Source: the human T2T-CHM13v2.0 reference genome, Homo sapiens
Direction: 5' to 3' (one strand)
Length of the DNA: 64,000 nt
Assembly: GCF_009914755.1 (NCBI RefSeq)
Contig: NC_060926.1
The position numbers were made by a program, and so were the translations under genes. Of this stretch, positions 1-16,150 are shown in pieces (within the stretch, counting starts at the first letter, position 1; every line of letters begins with the position of its first letter). A model generated the notes under the pieces. The model saw nothing but the letters and a program-made list of their open reading frames with translations, did no database searches and was not told the origin of the DNA.

Positions 1-372
1 GCAAATATGCAAGGCACGTGTGGATATTTCTTTCTCTTGGAGGCTTACAAGGTAGCCCCGGTCTCCTGGTGCAGTGTTTATAGCATAGTCCACTGGGACT
101 GCCGCTCTGACAAAGACTGTGTCACTACTTTGTGGAATGTTATTTTAGAACTTCCAGAATGCCTCAGTAAATCCTGACTGCCATGTAACTGTGTACTGTG
201 CTGCTGAGCTCTTAACATGAAGCAGCAGCAGTGACCCTGGCGGGCCAGGCTGACGTGCGTGGGAACAGTGGGAGTGACCCTGGCTGGGAAGCAGGGAGGC
301 CTGGATATTGTTTCTCCTGGCTCTGTGTCCTGCCATTCTCATCCCTGTGCTCAGAGCTCTCAAGCACCCACG

Positions 373-554
373 ATGGCCTTCTCAGGCCGAGCGCGCCCCT
401 GCATTATCCCAGAGAACGAAGAAATCCCCCGAGCAGCCCTTAACACTGTCCACGAGGCCAATGGGACCGAGGACGAGAGGGCTGTTTCCAAACTGCAGCG
501 CAGGCACAGTGACGTGAAAGTCTACAAGGAGTTCTGTGACTTTTATGCGAAATT
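373..554 (+). CDS. LIMS3: LIMS3/LIMS4 coding exon 1 (MAFSGRARPCIIPENEEIPRAALNTVHEANGTEDERAVSKLQRRHSDVKVYKEFCDFYAK-F)
   Basis: ATG at 373; translation matches the recalled LIMS3/LIMS1 long-isoform N-terminus; donor TT|GTGAGT at 555, phase 2. Confidence 0.92.
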
Positions 555-1599
555 GTGAGTGTCTCCTCTCCTGGAGTGCCCTCTTCCAGGTCCAGCGTTC
601 TTGGCTGTCTGTTCAGGAGCCATCCTGAGCTGGCCCATACAATTTTATTGACTGGACTTTGGGTGGGAGTTTTCCAGGGTGGTAGGGCTTCGAGGGGCTC
701 GCAGCGCAGCATGTTTAGGGAGACAGGAGACTGCCTTGTCGGTAAGACATGCAGCGACACGCAGATGGGAGGGAGGTGCTGCCCTCACTGTGAGAGCATG
801 GCGGCCCCGTCTTCAGTAGGTTCCTGATCACTTGGTAACTAACTGCATTTTCATCATGTCGTCCGCAAGGGAGGCTTAGTGTTGTCATTGTCAGTAATTA
901 CGTTAGAAAAATTCTGCAGTCTAAAACGGCCCAAAGATAAGGGGCAGATGGGTTGGGACAGTGAAAAAAACAAATTACAGACTGTTGGTAAAGATAAATA
1001 TTTTTGTTTTGTGTAATAATCAACAATTTGAAGTAAGCTAACTGGGTTTCTTAATTGAATGAATAAATATATATATCGTATAAGTAGCAGCTCAATACAC
1101 ATATAGAACATACTGTTAACTCTAAAAAGCTAGGCTAATTTATATTATTAAATAGGTTTTAGCAAACACATTTTTTTAAGAAAATGCAGAGTAGCCATCA
1201 GACCAGCTCAAGATTATTGACCTCATTCAAAGTTGTGAGCTTAGAATTACTGCGTATCCCAAATTTGTCAAGTAAGAGTTAATGAGAATTTAACTGACCC
1301 GGTTCTCTACTTCCATAATCCGTGCTCTGTGGTACAGATGTCACTTATCTTCACAACTCACAGAGAGCTCTGTTTGACAGTAACTGGGGAATTGTAATAA
1401 TACAGTAACCAATATTTTGACTGCTTGGTGAACTCTCAAGAAGATTTTTGGATTTATACATTGCTGCATTTTAGGACCAAACAATTTGTTTTGCATACTT
1501 GAATAATGGAAAGCAAGATATCAGTTGTGCTGTGTGAGGTTGATTTGTGGAAGTGGATCAGCTTCATCAGTCATGCCTGGCCTGACTTTTACATATAAA

Positions 1600-1608
1600 T
1601 ATCTATCT

Positions 1609-1647
<39 letters not shown>
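1600..1647. repeat. (AGAT)n tetranucleotide STR preceded by an inverted (TATC)n stub
   Basis: Read directly from the sequence. Confidence 0.95.
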
Positions 1648-3555
1648 CTCCCCCACTTACATATTTCTTGTCATCAACACTTTTTAGTGAAAATCTTTTT
1701 CTAAAAAATTAGCTAATTAATTATAACTAATCTGATGGTAGCTATAACTGTCACTAATGACTTTTTTAAAGTAATTTCTGTCATCTGTAGTATTAAATAT
1801 AAAATCAACATTTAAAAAAAAAAACAACAGGCATTGTGCCAGAGGGTCAAAGGCAAAAGAGGAAAGGGAAGCCTGACTGGTTCAGGGGGCAGCAAGGTGA
1901 TTGTTCTGTTTCCTTTTTCCCCCTGCTTGTGATGAAAAGGAATACTTCTTGCAAAATATATATTATATTACCTCTAAAACTAGCAGATTTTTCCTGTGTG
2001 TGGGAAGTAACTGTGTGCTTGTTTTTATGATGTATCTACCTATTTCCTAATTCTACTTGAGTATTTGAACTTAAGTAGAAACAATCTATATTATAATGAG
2101 TTTAAACTGGTCAGTGATAATCAAACGTTTTAATCTAAGGGCCTCTTAACACTCTTAAAAACTCTTAAGGTTCCCAAAGGACTTTCATTTATCAGTATTT
2201 ACCATATGAGAAATTGAAACTGGGAACAATTTAAAATACTTATTAATTCATTTAAAAACAACACTAAGCTTATTACGTGTTAATAATAGTAAATGTTAAT
2301 ATTAATGTTGTCATGAAAAATAACTGTTTTCCAAAATGGAAGAGGCTTAGAGGAAAGGATGGCATTGCGTTACATTTTTGCAAATCTTGTTAATAAAAGT
2401 TTCTCAGATTTGTTTCTGCATTCAACCTATTACAGTCTATTGTTTTAGATGAAATATATGAAGAAAACATGGCCTCCCACAGAGATGTAGTTGGAAAAGA
2501 GGACTTTTCTGCCTCCTGAAAGGGTCATGGTGACGCTGACATTTTGAAAACGACTGATTTAGGTGATAATGATCCAGGACATTCTAGAATATTCTTTTTG
2601 GGCTTTTTTAGAGTCCCATTAAGATTGTTGAGGTTTGGTGAATCTTTTGAGAGGGTTTAGAATTAACAACAGAGCCATATATATGAGCAGCATCTTACGG
2701 TTTCCAAATAGTTTAAAATACTTTTTCCTCAGAACAATAATGAGAACAGCACTGAGAATGACCAGGCAGATGTGGAGCTTACCGTGCTCCTTCATCCAGG
2801 AATACCTGTGGACTTTGGTCAGAAAGAGGGAAGAAGCACAAACCCCTCCAGAGTTTTGTAAAACTGCCACAATCATCTGGCTTACGGCAAAGCTGGGCGA
2901 TGATGAGAATTTTACAGATTTTTTCCCCAACCTACAGTAACTTTGAAATGACAGAATGGAAATTCATTTTAACATGAGGCTTGGGCCAGGTTTACTGAGC
3001 AGTGAAGCTGCTTCCCTTTCTCCCTTCCTTCCTTTTTTTTGTGACATTTTAATTCTGCATTCAAACCTGTTAAATAAAGTTGAGCTTTGACGGGTCTGAA
3101 GTGATGAACATGGTGTGTCTGCACGCAGTTATTTATGGCAAGGCTACAAAACAGGATGACTGTTTTGTGAAACATTTTGGGGAGAAAGGCAAAGGGAAAG
3201 TTGTCTTCCAGAGGTGTGGAGGGGAGTGAAGCACGTAAGTGGAACCACTTTTGCTAAGGAAACAGCAAAACTTGGAAACCAATAGGGGCAAGGCAGTTAG
3301 TTACTCTGTTTATAGAATGGAGACTGTCTACCTGTCTGTCTCACTAGTTGGTTGTGAAAATTCAGGAGAACATTGGTAATAACTTCATGAAGTACATTGA
3401 TTAAATATCTGGAAGGTCAGAAGCTGTACCAGGGAACTAGACACACAGGTGTAGAGCTCATGCTGTGGGTAGGCCTGTGAAAATAAACTTGCCAAAAATT
3501 GAAGGACCGCTTGGCATGGGGGACCTTCTCCATTTCTAGGACTTTTAAGAAATAA

Positions 3556-3918
<363 letters not shown>

Positions 3919-4898
3919 ATGTTGCTTTCCTTCTTCCAAACTGCACAGTGGTTAGAGCCTGAGATTATTTATTGAATGCCTTCTGTGTTTTAAGGTGTAG
4001 TGAGGCTACCGATGGGGGAATTTCCCACGTCACCAGCCGCAGCAGTGGTTACTTGACAACCTGGTGTCACTTTCCTAACCTATGAAACGTGGTGGTATCC
4101 CTGTCATGTCCTTTCAAGTGTTTGAAATTCGTGGTGTAATCTGTTTTGATTGACAGTGTGATTTTATGAGCAGGGGACCTGGATTTCTAGTCCTGCGCCT
4201 TCCTTTAACTAATTAGCCTTGTGATGTTGGTCTGATCCTTCCATCTCTGTGAACCTGTTTTGCCATCTGTAAAATGATCTTTATTATGTAAAATTCTGTG
4301 ATTTTAAGATACATTTTATAATATTGGTAATCAGGTTCGTCTTACCGATTAGGTAACAGGACTGGGGCATCTTGGCTGGTTTTAAGGCTACTTAAGCAGT
4401 TGTTTTCTACGGGATTTAATCAAAGGGATAACCCGTGTCTAGGTTATATGACATGGCATTTAGTTGACATTCATTTTAGATTCTGTTCTCAGAAGGGAAA
4501 GAAACTGGCCTTGAGATGTTGACTTTTGGATATTTTAATTAAGCTACTTATTAAGCTATAAACCCAATTCCTTGAGAGCAGCTTGTAACTTTCATCTCTG
4601 TCTCAGGTGCCTAACACATAGTAGGCACTCACTCATAGTATATTCAGCAAGAAGAATGCCAAAAATGTTAGAAACAGAATCAAAGTGGGACACCCTTACA
4701 GAGCCTCAGATGCTACGGTAAAGAGGCTGAAGTGTCCGAGTTCAGAGCATGTAAGGAACAAGCAAGAAATTGAGCTTTTGAGATAAAATAGGGTTTTTGT
4801 GATCAGATAGAATTTGCTGCTCGGTTCTTAGTGTTGTTTGATCTTCGATCTAAGAAGTGGCTGACGGTCTGCAACCTGCTGTTCTTTGCGTGTTACAG

Positions 4899-5058
4899 CA
4901 ACATGGCCAACGCCCTGGCCAGCGCCACTTGCGAGCGCTGCAAGGGCGGCTTTGCGCCCGCTGAGACGATCGTGAACAGTAATGGGGAGCTGTACCATGA
5001 GCAGTGTTTCGTGTGTGCTCAGTGCTTCCAGCAGTTCCCAGAAGGACTCTTCTATGAG
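4899..5058 (+). CDS. LIMS3: LIMS3 exon 2, N-terminal part of LIM1 ([53 protein letters not shown])
   Basis: Acceptor TTACAG|C at 4898/4899; donor GAG|GTGAGT at 5059; CxxC...HxxCxxCxxC pattern; AETIV rather than LIMS1 AEKIV points to the paralog. Confidence 0.95.
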
Positions 5059-5720
5059 GTGAGTTGCACTGGACAAAAGCAGGGAGGTGCCATTCCCCAC
5101 CCTCCCGCTTCCTGCCCTTCTTTCCTGAGGACTCCTCCTTCATGTTCAGTTTCATGATGAAAGACTGAAGTGCCACATGCATGCCAGGTATTTGATAGCT
5201 GTGAGGTCAGAGGTGGCATCTCTATGGCCCATATGGGCAGTGGCGTGATTGGGACACCCTCACAGACCCTGCATTTGTATTGCTCAGTTCATCGTCCTAT
5301 TTCAGAACCCAGAGTCCCTTATGACAGAGCCTTTCAGACCTAAGCAGCTCAGCTCCACATAGAAAATTCTTTCCGAGTCTTCAGCCACACTCAGGCCCCC
5401 CACACACCTCACCCACTCCTGTCTCTGTGTCTTTCCCCCTTCTCAGAGGACCACTGGACCTGCTCTAAAGGAGAGCGTGCGGTGTACGTCACCCCCTCCA
5501 CAACTTCCCAGCCTCGAGCCAGGAGCGTCCATGCATTTATTTTCTAAGGGAAAAAAAAATAAGTATTTTAGGGAACTATACTGTCTACATTTAGCTCTCC
5601 TGGGTGTCTATGTTCTTTTCTAAATATTTGTTTTTCTTGATCCTCGGGTGTTAGCATATGGTCTGCACTTCCTTTGTAGTGTATTTGGTATTCTCAACAT
5701 TACCGAAACCACTTTCTTGT

Positions 5721-6017
5721 TGTTTTTTATTGTTTTGTTTTGTTTGAGACAAAGTCTCATTGTATAGCCCAGGCTAGAGTGTAGTGGCATGATTATAGCT
5801 CATTGCAGCCTTGAACTGCTAAGCTCAAGTGATCCTCCAGCCTCAGCCTCCTGAGTAGCTGGGGCTACAGGCACGTGCCACCATGCCCGACTAATTTTAT
5901 TTTTCATAGAAACGGAGTCTCCCTATGTTGCCCAGGCTGGTCTCAAACTCCTGGGCTCAGGTGATCCTCGGCCTCCCAAAGTGCTAGGATTACAGGCATG
6001 AACCTCCATGTCTGGCC
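5721..6017 (-). mobile_element. Alu (J-like)
   Basis: Diverged Alu consensus. Confidence 0.88.
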
Positions 6018-7525
6018 CACTGAAACTCCTGTCTCACAGTAAACATGTATTTTGGGGGATAATCTAGAGATGCTGACCCCAGGCTATAAATGACGGTGAG
6101 AGTGAGGTGTATGTGTGTGTTAGATCAAATAGGTAATTTACTTTTACCACCTTACTTCTTACATATTTGTACGTAAATGCACATCTATATATGATAATAT
6201 ATGTATATAGAATTATTTTATAGCTGGAGATGGCTGCTCTTTGATTTCTTCTTTTGCCTAGCAGATTTTTATGTTTCCCTGTTATATAAACCATGCTTGA
6301 GCAAGGAAAGGTAGTTGACAAAGATCATTGGTAAGTCCATTGTATGCCACTCCGGCAGCATTTTCCCATAGAAACAAACATGAGAGTGGGGTTCCCAGGC
6401 CAGCCCACAGAAAAGCTGTTTACCCCATCATGGGTACATGAAATACAGGGCTAGCAAGTATGTAATAATGTCAACTTGGAAACAGCTTTAAGGGTTTGGG
6501 TTAAGGAATGCTATTTTATTCACTAGCACACATTTTTTTAAGCTCCTATTGTGTCCCCAAAACACACATTCCCAACAACAAAAACCTTAGCAGTGGAAAG
6601 AGGTTTTCGTTTTCTCTTTTCTTCTAGTTCTTTTTTTTTTTTTTTTAAGTTTATTTCTTTAGGCCTCCAAACATGCTCTATGTATCTTCTTACAGTTCTT
6701 CCTGTTCTTCCTGACTCCTTCCCTGGGCAGTGGGAATCTTTTGGACAAGGATGATGGATTTAGGGATGGGCAAATGACAGTTGTGAAGATGGACAGGAGC
6801 AGGAGAGGCCAATGTACCACAGCAGAAGAGGGCAGGAGAGGAGCTCCAGAGGTGTGAATGGAGGCATCAGGCATAGAGACCCCCTACCGAGGCTATAGGT
6901 AGACTGTGATTAGCTGGTGAGGAGAAGGAATAGGAAATCCCTAGGTGCTGCGGCAGCAAGAAGAGAGGGCGTTTGCTGGTGGTAGTGGTGGTGAGCCATG
7001 ACTCAATTCAGTTAAAGGGACCTGAGGACCTGCTTCTACCTCGGCACCGTGGAGGCCTGGTGGGACTATGGCAAGGAAGGAGGTGAGACTCCCAAGGCAC
7101 ATTGAAGGGAATTCTGGAAAGCTGGCTTGGAGAGAGCATGGTCTTCTCACTATATGAATTCCTTCTGTATCCCTCCCTTCTTTTTTTTTTCTCCTGTAGT
7201 CCAGAGAGGTTGAAATGTCTGATAACATAGCAGGTTTGCGACATGAAAGAGATGAGAACCTAGCTGGTCTCCTAGTATCCAATACAATATTCTTTCCCTT
7301 ACATATTCTTTTTAAATATAAGATATTTTTATTGAAATGGGTGATTATGACAAAGGCCTTAGGAGAGCTCGGTCCAGGGGAGCAATAGAGAAGAACTCAG
7401 AGAAAAAGACAGGCTTTGTTTTCCCAAACATTTTCCTTATATCCCTGGCTTGCTCTTTCCCCTGTGAGCACCCTGGAGCTCCAGCCCTCCGTCACCTTCT
7501 TTCTCCCATTTTGCCTGTGACTTAG

Positions 7526-7531
7526 GAATGA
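7526..7531 (+). CDS. LIMS3: Terminal coding bases of the short LIMS3 isoform (E-stop; sequence GAA TGA ACG TGA)
   Basis: Pyrimidine tract plus CTTAG|GAA at 7525/7526; 114 upstream codons plus E-R-T would give the 117-aa length I recall for LIMS3; AATAAA at 7669 and 8078 downstream. Confidence 0.7.
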   Translation, partial: E

Positions 7532-8077
7532 ACGTGATGGTTAAGCTACCTTCATTAAGCAGCATGACCGCTTCCTGAGCTCCTGCTGCCGCATTTAGGC
7601 CCTGTCAGCTGTGAGGCCACTGGTGCTGAGTCAGAGGGAAAAGCTCAGAACAGCCTTGAGCAGCGAAGAATAAAGCGTGACTCATCTCGTCCTGCCCACC
7701 CCTCACACTGGACTATAAATACCCTCCCTGGGTCTGTGTGCTGTTATTCCAAAAGATGCGATGAATACCCAGAACTAGGCTATTCATGGGCTGTTGCCCA
7801 GTTCAAGCTCTATTGGGTCCTGAGGAAGATTACTATTTTGGCTACATTGTTTATCATTAAAACCAGCCCAGGGATGTGTAAACCTGCATCTGGAGAATAA
7901 GACATTTCTTTTTGGTTAAATGATATTAGAGAAAAAAAAACTATCCAAGGCTGCTAACAAATAATCTTCACTTTCAATTATATCCAGCAATAAGTTGTTC
8001 TCCAGAAAAGAAAGCTTGGAAACTTACCCAGTTTGCCTTCCATTTGGGACATGACTGATGTGCTTCAGTCTTTGTAT

Positions 8078-8083
8078 AATAAA
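8078..8083 (+). terminator. Candidate poly(A) signal of the short LIMS3 isoform (alternative AATAAA at 7669-7674)
   Basis: AATAAA followed by T/GT-rich sequence, downstream of the short terminal exon. Confidence 0.45.
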
Positions 8084-8410
8084 TGCATCTTCGCCACTCT
8101 ATATCTTTGTTATTGCTTTTGTCTCGTTATCACAACAACTTCCTTCCCTGATTTCCACAGCCTCTATTTTTTCTTTTCTCTAGAAGACTAGTTAGGAAGA
8201 CTTAGAGGTGGGGTCTGTGCACTTGCTTCCCCTTGAAAATGTGATTTACTTTTATGGTATAACTTTCTGGTACTTTGAATTAAATAGGACATTCTCTTCC
8301 CTTTGGCCACAGAGGCAAGTATAGAATGAGATCCTTGTTTCCTAACCACTTACCAGAACATATATCTGAAGAAATGAGCACCAGTATTTCTGTCTCAACT
8401 ACAGTTTCTC

Positions 8411-8664
8411 TTTTTTTTTTCTTTCTTTTCTTTTTCTTAAAACAGGGTCTTACCGTGTTACCCAGGCTGGAGTGCAGTGGCACAATCATGGCTCACTGCA
8501 GCCTTGACTTCCTGGGCTCAAGCAATCCTCCCACCTCAGCCTCCCTAGTAGCTAGGACTACAGGCACACACCACCACAGCCAGATAATTAAAAAAATTTT
8601 TTTTGCAGAAACAGGGTCTTGCCCTGTTGCCCAGGCTGGTCTCGAACTCCTGAGCTCAAGTGAT
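8411..8664 (-). mobile_element. Alu (J-like, 5'-truncated)
   Basis: Alu consensus. Confidence 0.88.
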
Positions 8665-8973
8665 TAGATGCCATTTCCCCAGGGAAATACCCTTTCAACC
8701 CAGAGGCCCTAACGCTAACTATAGTGGTTCCTAAATCTTTGTGACATCCAGCATTATCTCCAGTAAAAGAAGTATTTTAATTTTTCCCATAAGAAAATAC
8801 TTTTGGGAGTGGTGGAGCCAACAGTTACAAGAGTGATTTAAGTCCAGGAAGTACTGCAGAGTGGGATGGACTGAACCAAGGACTAGGGACCAGGTGTGCA
8901 GCTGATTAACCCTGACTTAGTACATGCTCAGGGCTGGGTTCTTTGTTGGTGCTTCACATTTCTCTCTCCTTAG

Positions 8974-9353
<380 letters not shown>

Positions 9354-10419
9354 AGGAAAGACCCGTTTATGATGAGTAGTCTTGTAGCAAGATGTTTTAC
9401 AAAGAGGTTTCTTCACTCATTTACTCTGATTATTCAGGAAGGCAGAAACTGAAATGGAAGACCCTTCCAACCAGCACATCTGTTTATCTGTGGATCCACT
9501 CACTTCAAGGCAGTTTATGACAAACCAGTATAAAGTACCAAATGAAGATTTGCAACTTTGCACTTGACTGGAAATGAGACTTTCAGCTGGTTTCCCGTTC
9601 TGAGCTTACTTGAAAGCAGCTCAGAATAACTGTTTCTTCCCCTAAAGGGAATATTTACAGAACTCCAAAACTTAAAACAGTTAGAGCCATTCTTGGAGCT
9701 CATCTTCCCCCACACAAAGCAACCCATTTCCACAAGCGGTGGGACCCCAGGGTTCTTAAGGCATTTTGTTTATAAATACTACTAATTTGGACCATTAATA
9801 TTTCTAACAGGCTTATCGTATTCATTGTTTAAATCAGTTTGGGGATGTAATGTGTAGTTACCTAGAAAGGCTATATTTATAGAAATTTAATTCTTCCCAA
9901 TTTATGATTCTTGATTTTTAAAAAATTTTATATCGTAGTTTTACTTTGGATCAACTTCTGGCCTTTCTCTCAGGCTCAAAAGTTGAGCTATACTATGTTT
10001 GATCATTTCTACACACTGTAGAAAAGAGGCAGCTCATTATAGCAGAAGTTCTCCACCTGGAATTAACAATAGTTGTGACACTGGAGAAGCATAGCCCAGA
10101 GTGCAAGAGATTTGCAGGATGAATGGTGGCAAGGAAATCTATTTCTAAGTCCTCCTATTCTGGTTTTGAAGGACTCAATTTCTGGATCCTTTTCTCTTTG
10201 CCTGAAAACATATTTATATTCACAATAGTACTTCTCTCACATTGCAAAAGAAAGAAATCTCAAATCTTACTATCATTAATTGCTCCAGGATACCCATCAA
10301 AAAGGATTAGTTAGGGAGTGCTGAAACCCATAAGGCTTAGTCTTTCCCTGCCTTATGTATTTTCTCGTTAAGGAGAAGCTTGGCTTTAGGAACTGTGTTG
10401 GATATTCTGTATTCAGGTA

Positions 10420-10748
10420 CAGATATGCACGCCCCTTAACCACAGGGAAATGTCTGAGAAAGGTGTCATTAGGCAAGATCATTGTTGTGCAAACATCAGA
10501 GAATGTATTTAACAAACCTAAATGTCATAGCCTACAACACATCTAGTCTATATGGTATGGCCTGTCCCTCCTAGGCTACAAACCTGTACACCATGTTACT
10601 ATACAGAATACTGCAGGCAGTTGTAACACAATGGTGAGTATTGTGTATCTAAAAGTATCCAAGCAGAAAAAGTACAGTAAATATACCATATACCATGGTA
10701 GTATATATGGTCCATTGTTGACAGAAATGTTATCTGGCAGATGACTGC
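10420..10748. mobile_element. Tigger3/MER7-like DNA transposon remnant
   Basis: CCTAGGCTACAAACCTGTACA...TGTAACACAATGGT core recalled from the Tigger3 consensus. Confidence 0.65.
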
Positions 10749-10771
10749 ATATGCTGAATTTAGAGACGTAG

Positions 10772-11112
<341 letters not shown>

Positions 11113-11229
11113 AACAGCTTTCCTTTTAGGACTTAGCCTTTTTCATCCCCTGACTAATTTCAGAAGAATTTATCCATTTTAAGGGAAAGCTCTGGGAGAG
11201 CAAAGCAAAGAGCGTTGGTAAGAAATTGT

Positions 11230-12587
<1,358 letters not shown>

Positions 12588-12976
12588 TGAGGGTATGCCA
12601 TGAGCTAGAACAAACAGACCAAAGCAGTATTGCTTTTTGACTCTTGGGAGGCCCTAGAGGTTAAGCAACTTGCCCAAGACCACACAATGAGTCTTTCAGC
12701 CAGATTTTGAACACAGGCAGTCTGGATCCATGGTCAGTGTTCTTGACTCCTACTTGTCTTGTTAAAAGATGTTTCCAAATTATAGTTAATCCTAATTTTA
12801 TTTTATGTATACAGTGATTATATTTTCAACCTTCTAAAAAAAATTATATATATATATATACTACTGGGCTACTTTTTAGTGTTTTTATGCAATATACATC
12901 TTTCTCTTTCATTTAATACAGAATAAAAGTTGATCATTTCTATCTAAATTAATGGAGTTATTTATGAGTTTTTACA

Positions 12977-13337
12977 CAGTCGTCTTATGGTATCCACAGA
13001 GGATTGGTTCCAGGACACCCCCTCCACCCCACTCCCACCTCACCCTCAGAGCTTACCAAAATCTTTGAATGCTCAAGTCCCTGATATAAAATGGTATACT
13101 TACTTGCATATAACCTATGCACATCCTCCTGTATATTTTTCATTATCTCTAGATTACTTACAATAGCTAATAAAATGTAAATGCTATGTACATAGTTGTT
13201 ATACTGTGTTTTTAAATTTGTATTATTTTTATTTTTCTATTGGTTTTTTTTATTGTTTGGGGTTTTTTCTTCCACATTTTTTTTTATCCTTGGTTGATCA
13301 AATTCAAGGATGCAGACCCAGCAGATACAGAAGGCTG
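12977..13337. mobile_element. MER2 (Tigger-class) DNA transposon
   Basis: GGTATCC...GGATTGGTTCCAGGAC...GCATATAACCTATGCACATCCTCC. Confidence 0.7.
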
Positions 13338-13349
13338 TTTTGTGGTCAT

Positions 13350-14040
13350 TTTGTTTTTTTGTTTCTAATTGACATAATAATTACACACATGGGGCACAGT
13401 GTGATGTTTCAATACATGTATACATTGTGTAAAAATCAAATCAGGGTATTTAACGTATCCATCACCTTGTACATTTATAATTTCTTTGTCGTAAGAATAT
13501 TCAAAATACCCCTTTTCTAGCTATTTTGAAATATTTTGAAATGCAATATATTATTAACCAAAGTCACTCTACTGTGCAATAGAACACTAGAACTTATTCG
13601 TCCTAACTGTAACTTGGTACCCATTGACCATCTTCTCCCCATCCCCTCCACTCCATTCTCCCCAGCCTCCAGCAACCTCTATTTTACTCTATTTCTATGA
13701 AATCAACCTCTTTAGATTCCACATATGAGTGAGATCATGTAGTATTTGTCCTTCTGTGCTTATTTCACTTAATGTAATGTCCTACAGGTTCATCCATGTC
13801 GCCACAGATGACAGGATCTCATTCTTTTTTACGGCCAAAGAGTACTCCGCTGGGTATATGTACTGTATTTTTTTAATCCATTCATCCGCTGATGGACAGT
13901 TAGATTGCTTCCAAATCTTGGCTATTGTGAATAGTGCTGCAGTAAACATGAGAGTGCAGATATCTCTTCCACATACTGATTCCATTTCCTTTGGATATAT
14001 TCCCAGTAGTGAGATTGCTGGATCATATGGTAGTTCCATT
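13350..14040 (-). mobile_element. L1M (L1MA/MB-like) 3' end including the ORF2 C-terminus
   Basis: ORF 13782..14039 [17 protein letters not shown]...[15 protein letters not shown] is L1 ORF2-like. Confidence 0.88.
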
Positions 14041-14217
14041 AATTACTGCTAAAAGCTAAATATCAGATTTTTATACGTATAGGTGGCATACATTCATCAG
14101 AAATATATCACGCTTCATAAATACTTGTACTTTTGGCTGCACATTATAATGTAGTATGGCATAGTATTGAGTAATAGCATATCAATTTATTCTTTCTGTT
14201 TAAAAACCAAATACATT

Positions 14218-14680
14218 AATCTGGACAAGGTAGTGTGTGCCTGTAATCCCAGCTACTCAAGAGGCTGATGTAGAAGGACCACTTGAGCCCAAGTGTTCAA
14301 GACGAGCCTGAACAACATAGCAAGACCTAGTCTAAAAACAAAAAGATACATTAAATATACTACATCTTATTCATTTGAATTAAAAAGTGAAAGCTGGACA
14401 TAGTAGCTCACACCTGTAATCCCAGCACTTTGGGAGGCCAAAGGTGGGAGGATCACTTGAGGTCAGGAGTTCGAGACCAGCCTGGCCAACATGGTGAAAC
14501 CCCATCTCTACTAAAAATACAAAAATTAGCTGGACATGGTGGCGGGTGCTTGTAATCCCAGCTACTCAGGAGGCTGAGGCAGGAGAATTGCTTGAACCCA
14601 AGAGGCAGAGGTTACAGTGAGCCAAGATTGTACCACTGCACTCCAGACTGGACAACAGAGCGGGACTGGGAAAAAAAAAA
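14218..14680 (+). mobile_element. FLAM/Alu monomer (14218-14345) plus AluS (14393-14680)
   Basis: Alu consensus. Confidence 0.85.
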
Positions 14681-16042
14681 GTTATCTTTCTAGGAGAAAA
14701 TCTGCTTTGGTTGGTTCAACAGTAAGAACTGACTTTGCCAGTTAAGCTGTGGTAGATATGTTCACTAAATTGGATGCACTAAATCTATAGCCATAATTTG
14801 AGGAAATTGAGTTGACAACTGATACATTAAAAATGGATATCATTAAAAATGGATTTTAATAATCAAACAGTGTATGACTTTTGGCATATAACTTGTAAGG
14901 AGCTCAAAGACTCAAGGGGAGACATTACTATAACATTTCTCACAAGTTAGTAATGTGAAAAGGGCTTCTTAGCATTTCTATATTAAAAAAAAAAGCAACA
15001 CCCAAAATAGAAAATAGACCTAGAATTAATATTGAACCTGAGTCTTCTAGTGGAAAGCCATATTGATGCATGAGATACATGAAATAATTGTGGGAGGAAA
15101 GGGCAGCCCTACTCATTTCACTATCACTAAGATATGCTTTTCAAGTAAACAGATAGTATAAAAAAATTAATGTTTATGTCTTGCTTGTCCTATACTAATC
15201 ATTCTAATGATAATACAGAAGAAAATAAATGTTAACCTTTACAGACTTATGGATTCAGAAAGCACATTTTAAAATTTCATGTTATATATATTTTTTAATT
15301 GCAGAAAAGTATGATAGGGTGATCAGTTAAAGACAAGTACAAAAATATACTAGGATAAAATTGGAGCACATAAAATGAAAACATTCAAGAAATGAAAGAT
15401 GTAAAAATCTTGGCTGTTAAGAGAATGTTTTTTAATGGATTTTGGTCATTTTAAAATGTGCTAAGGCTGAGCGTACTGGCTAACGCCTGTGGTCCCAGTG
15501 CTTTGAGAGACTGAGGTGGGAGGATTGCTTTGGGCCAGGAGTCCAAGAACTAGCCTAGGCAACATAGCAAGACTCCCATTTAAAAAAATAATAAAATACA
15601 ATGTGCTAGAATATTTGCCCTTTGTAAATATTTGAGGTTACAGTGAGAATTACAGATATCGACCTGAAAAATGTGGGAGGAGAGTTGTATGTATGTGCAT
15701 ATTTTCTGGAGGGAGAGGTTATCCATAGCTTTCATCAGATTCATTAAAGGCAGGGTATTTGAGCCAGAAAACAATTCAGCACAGTCAGAGGCCAGGTCAC
15801 CAGTCCCTGTAGGTGTACTGTTCACTCTAGCCTCTACTTATTCCGTATGTCTTTCCTGTACCAACATGTAGATGTATGGATGGTGCAAAAGAGTATCTGC
15901 TTTTTAAAATCCCAGTAGAGTTATAAATTCTTAGAGTAGAACTCTTAGTTTAGAAACATCTTTCCTGTATATCTTCATCAAATAATTATATTTCTCCTGT
16001 GATTGTTTCGTGTCTGTAAGTTGGTGGTACCCTCTCTTTCAG

Positions 16043-16109
16043 TTTGAAGGAAGAAAGTACTGTGAACATGACTTTCAGATGCTCTTTGCCCCTTGCTGTC
16101 ATCAGTGTG
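16043..16109 (+). CDS. LIMS3: LIMS1-like exon 3 ([23 protein letters not shown]), completes LIM1
   Basis: CTTTCAG| acceptor, |GTAAGT donor, 67 nt, matches recalled PINCH1 sequence. Confidence 0.92.
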
Positions 16110-16150
16110 GTAAGTTTTACTGCTAAATGTCAAGTAAAAAGTAAGTTTCC

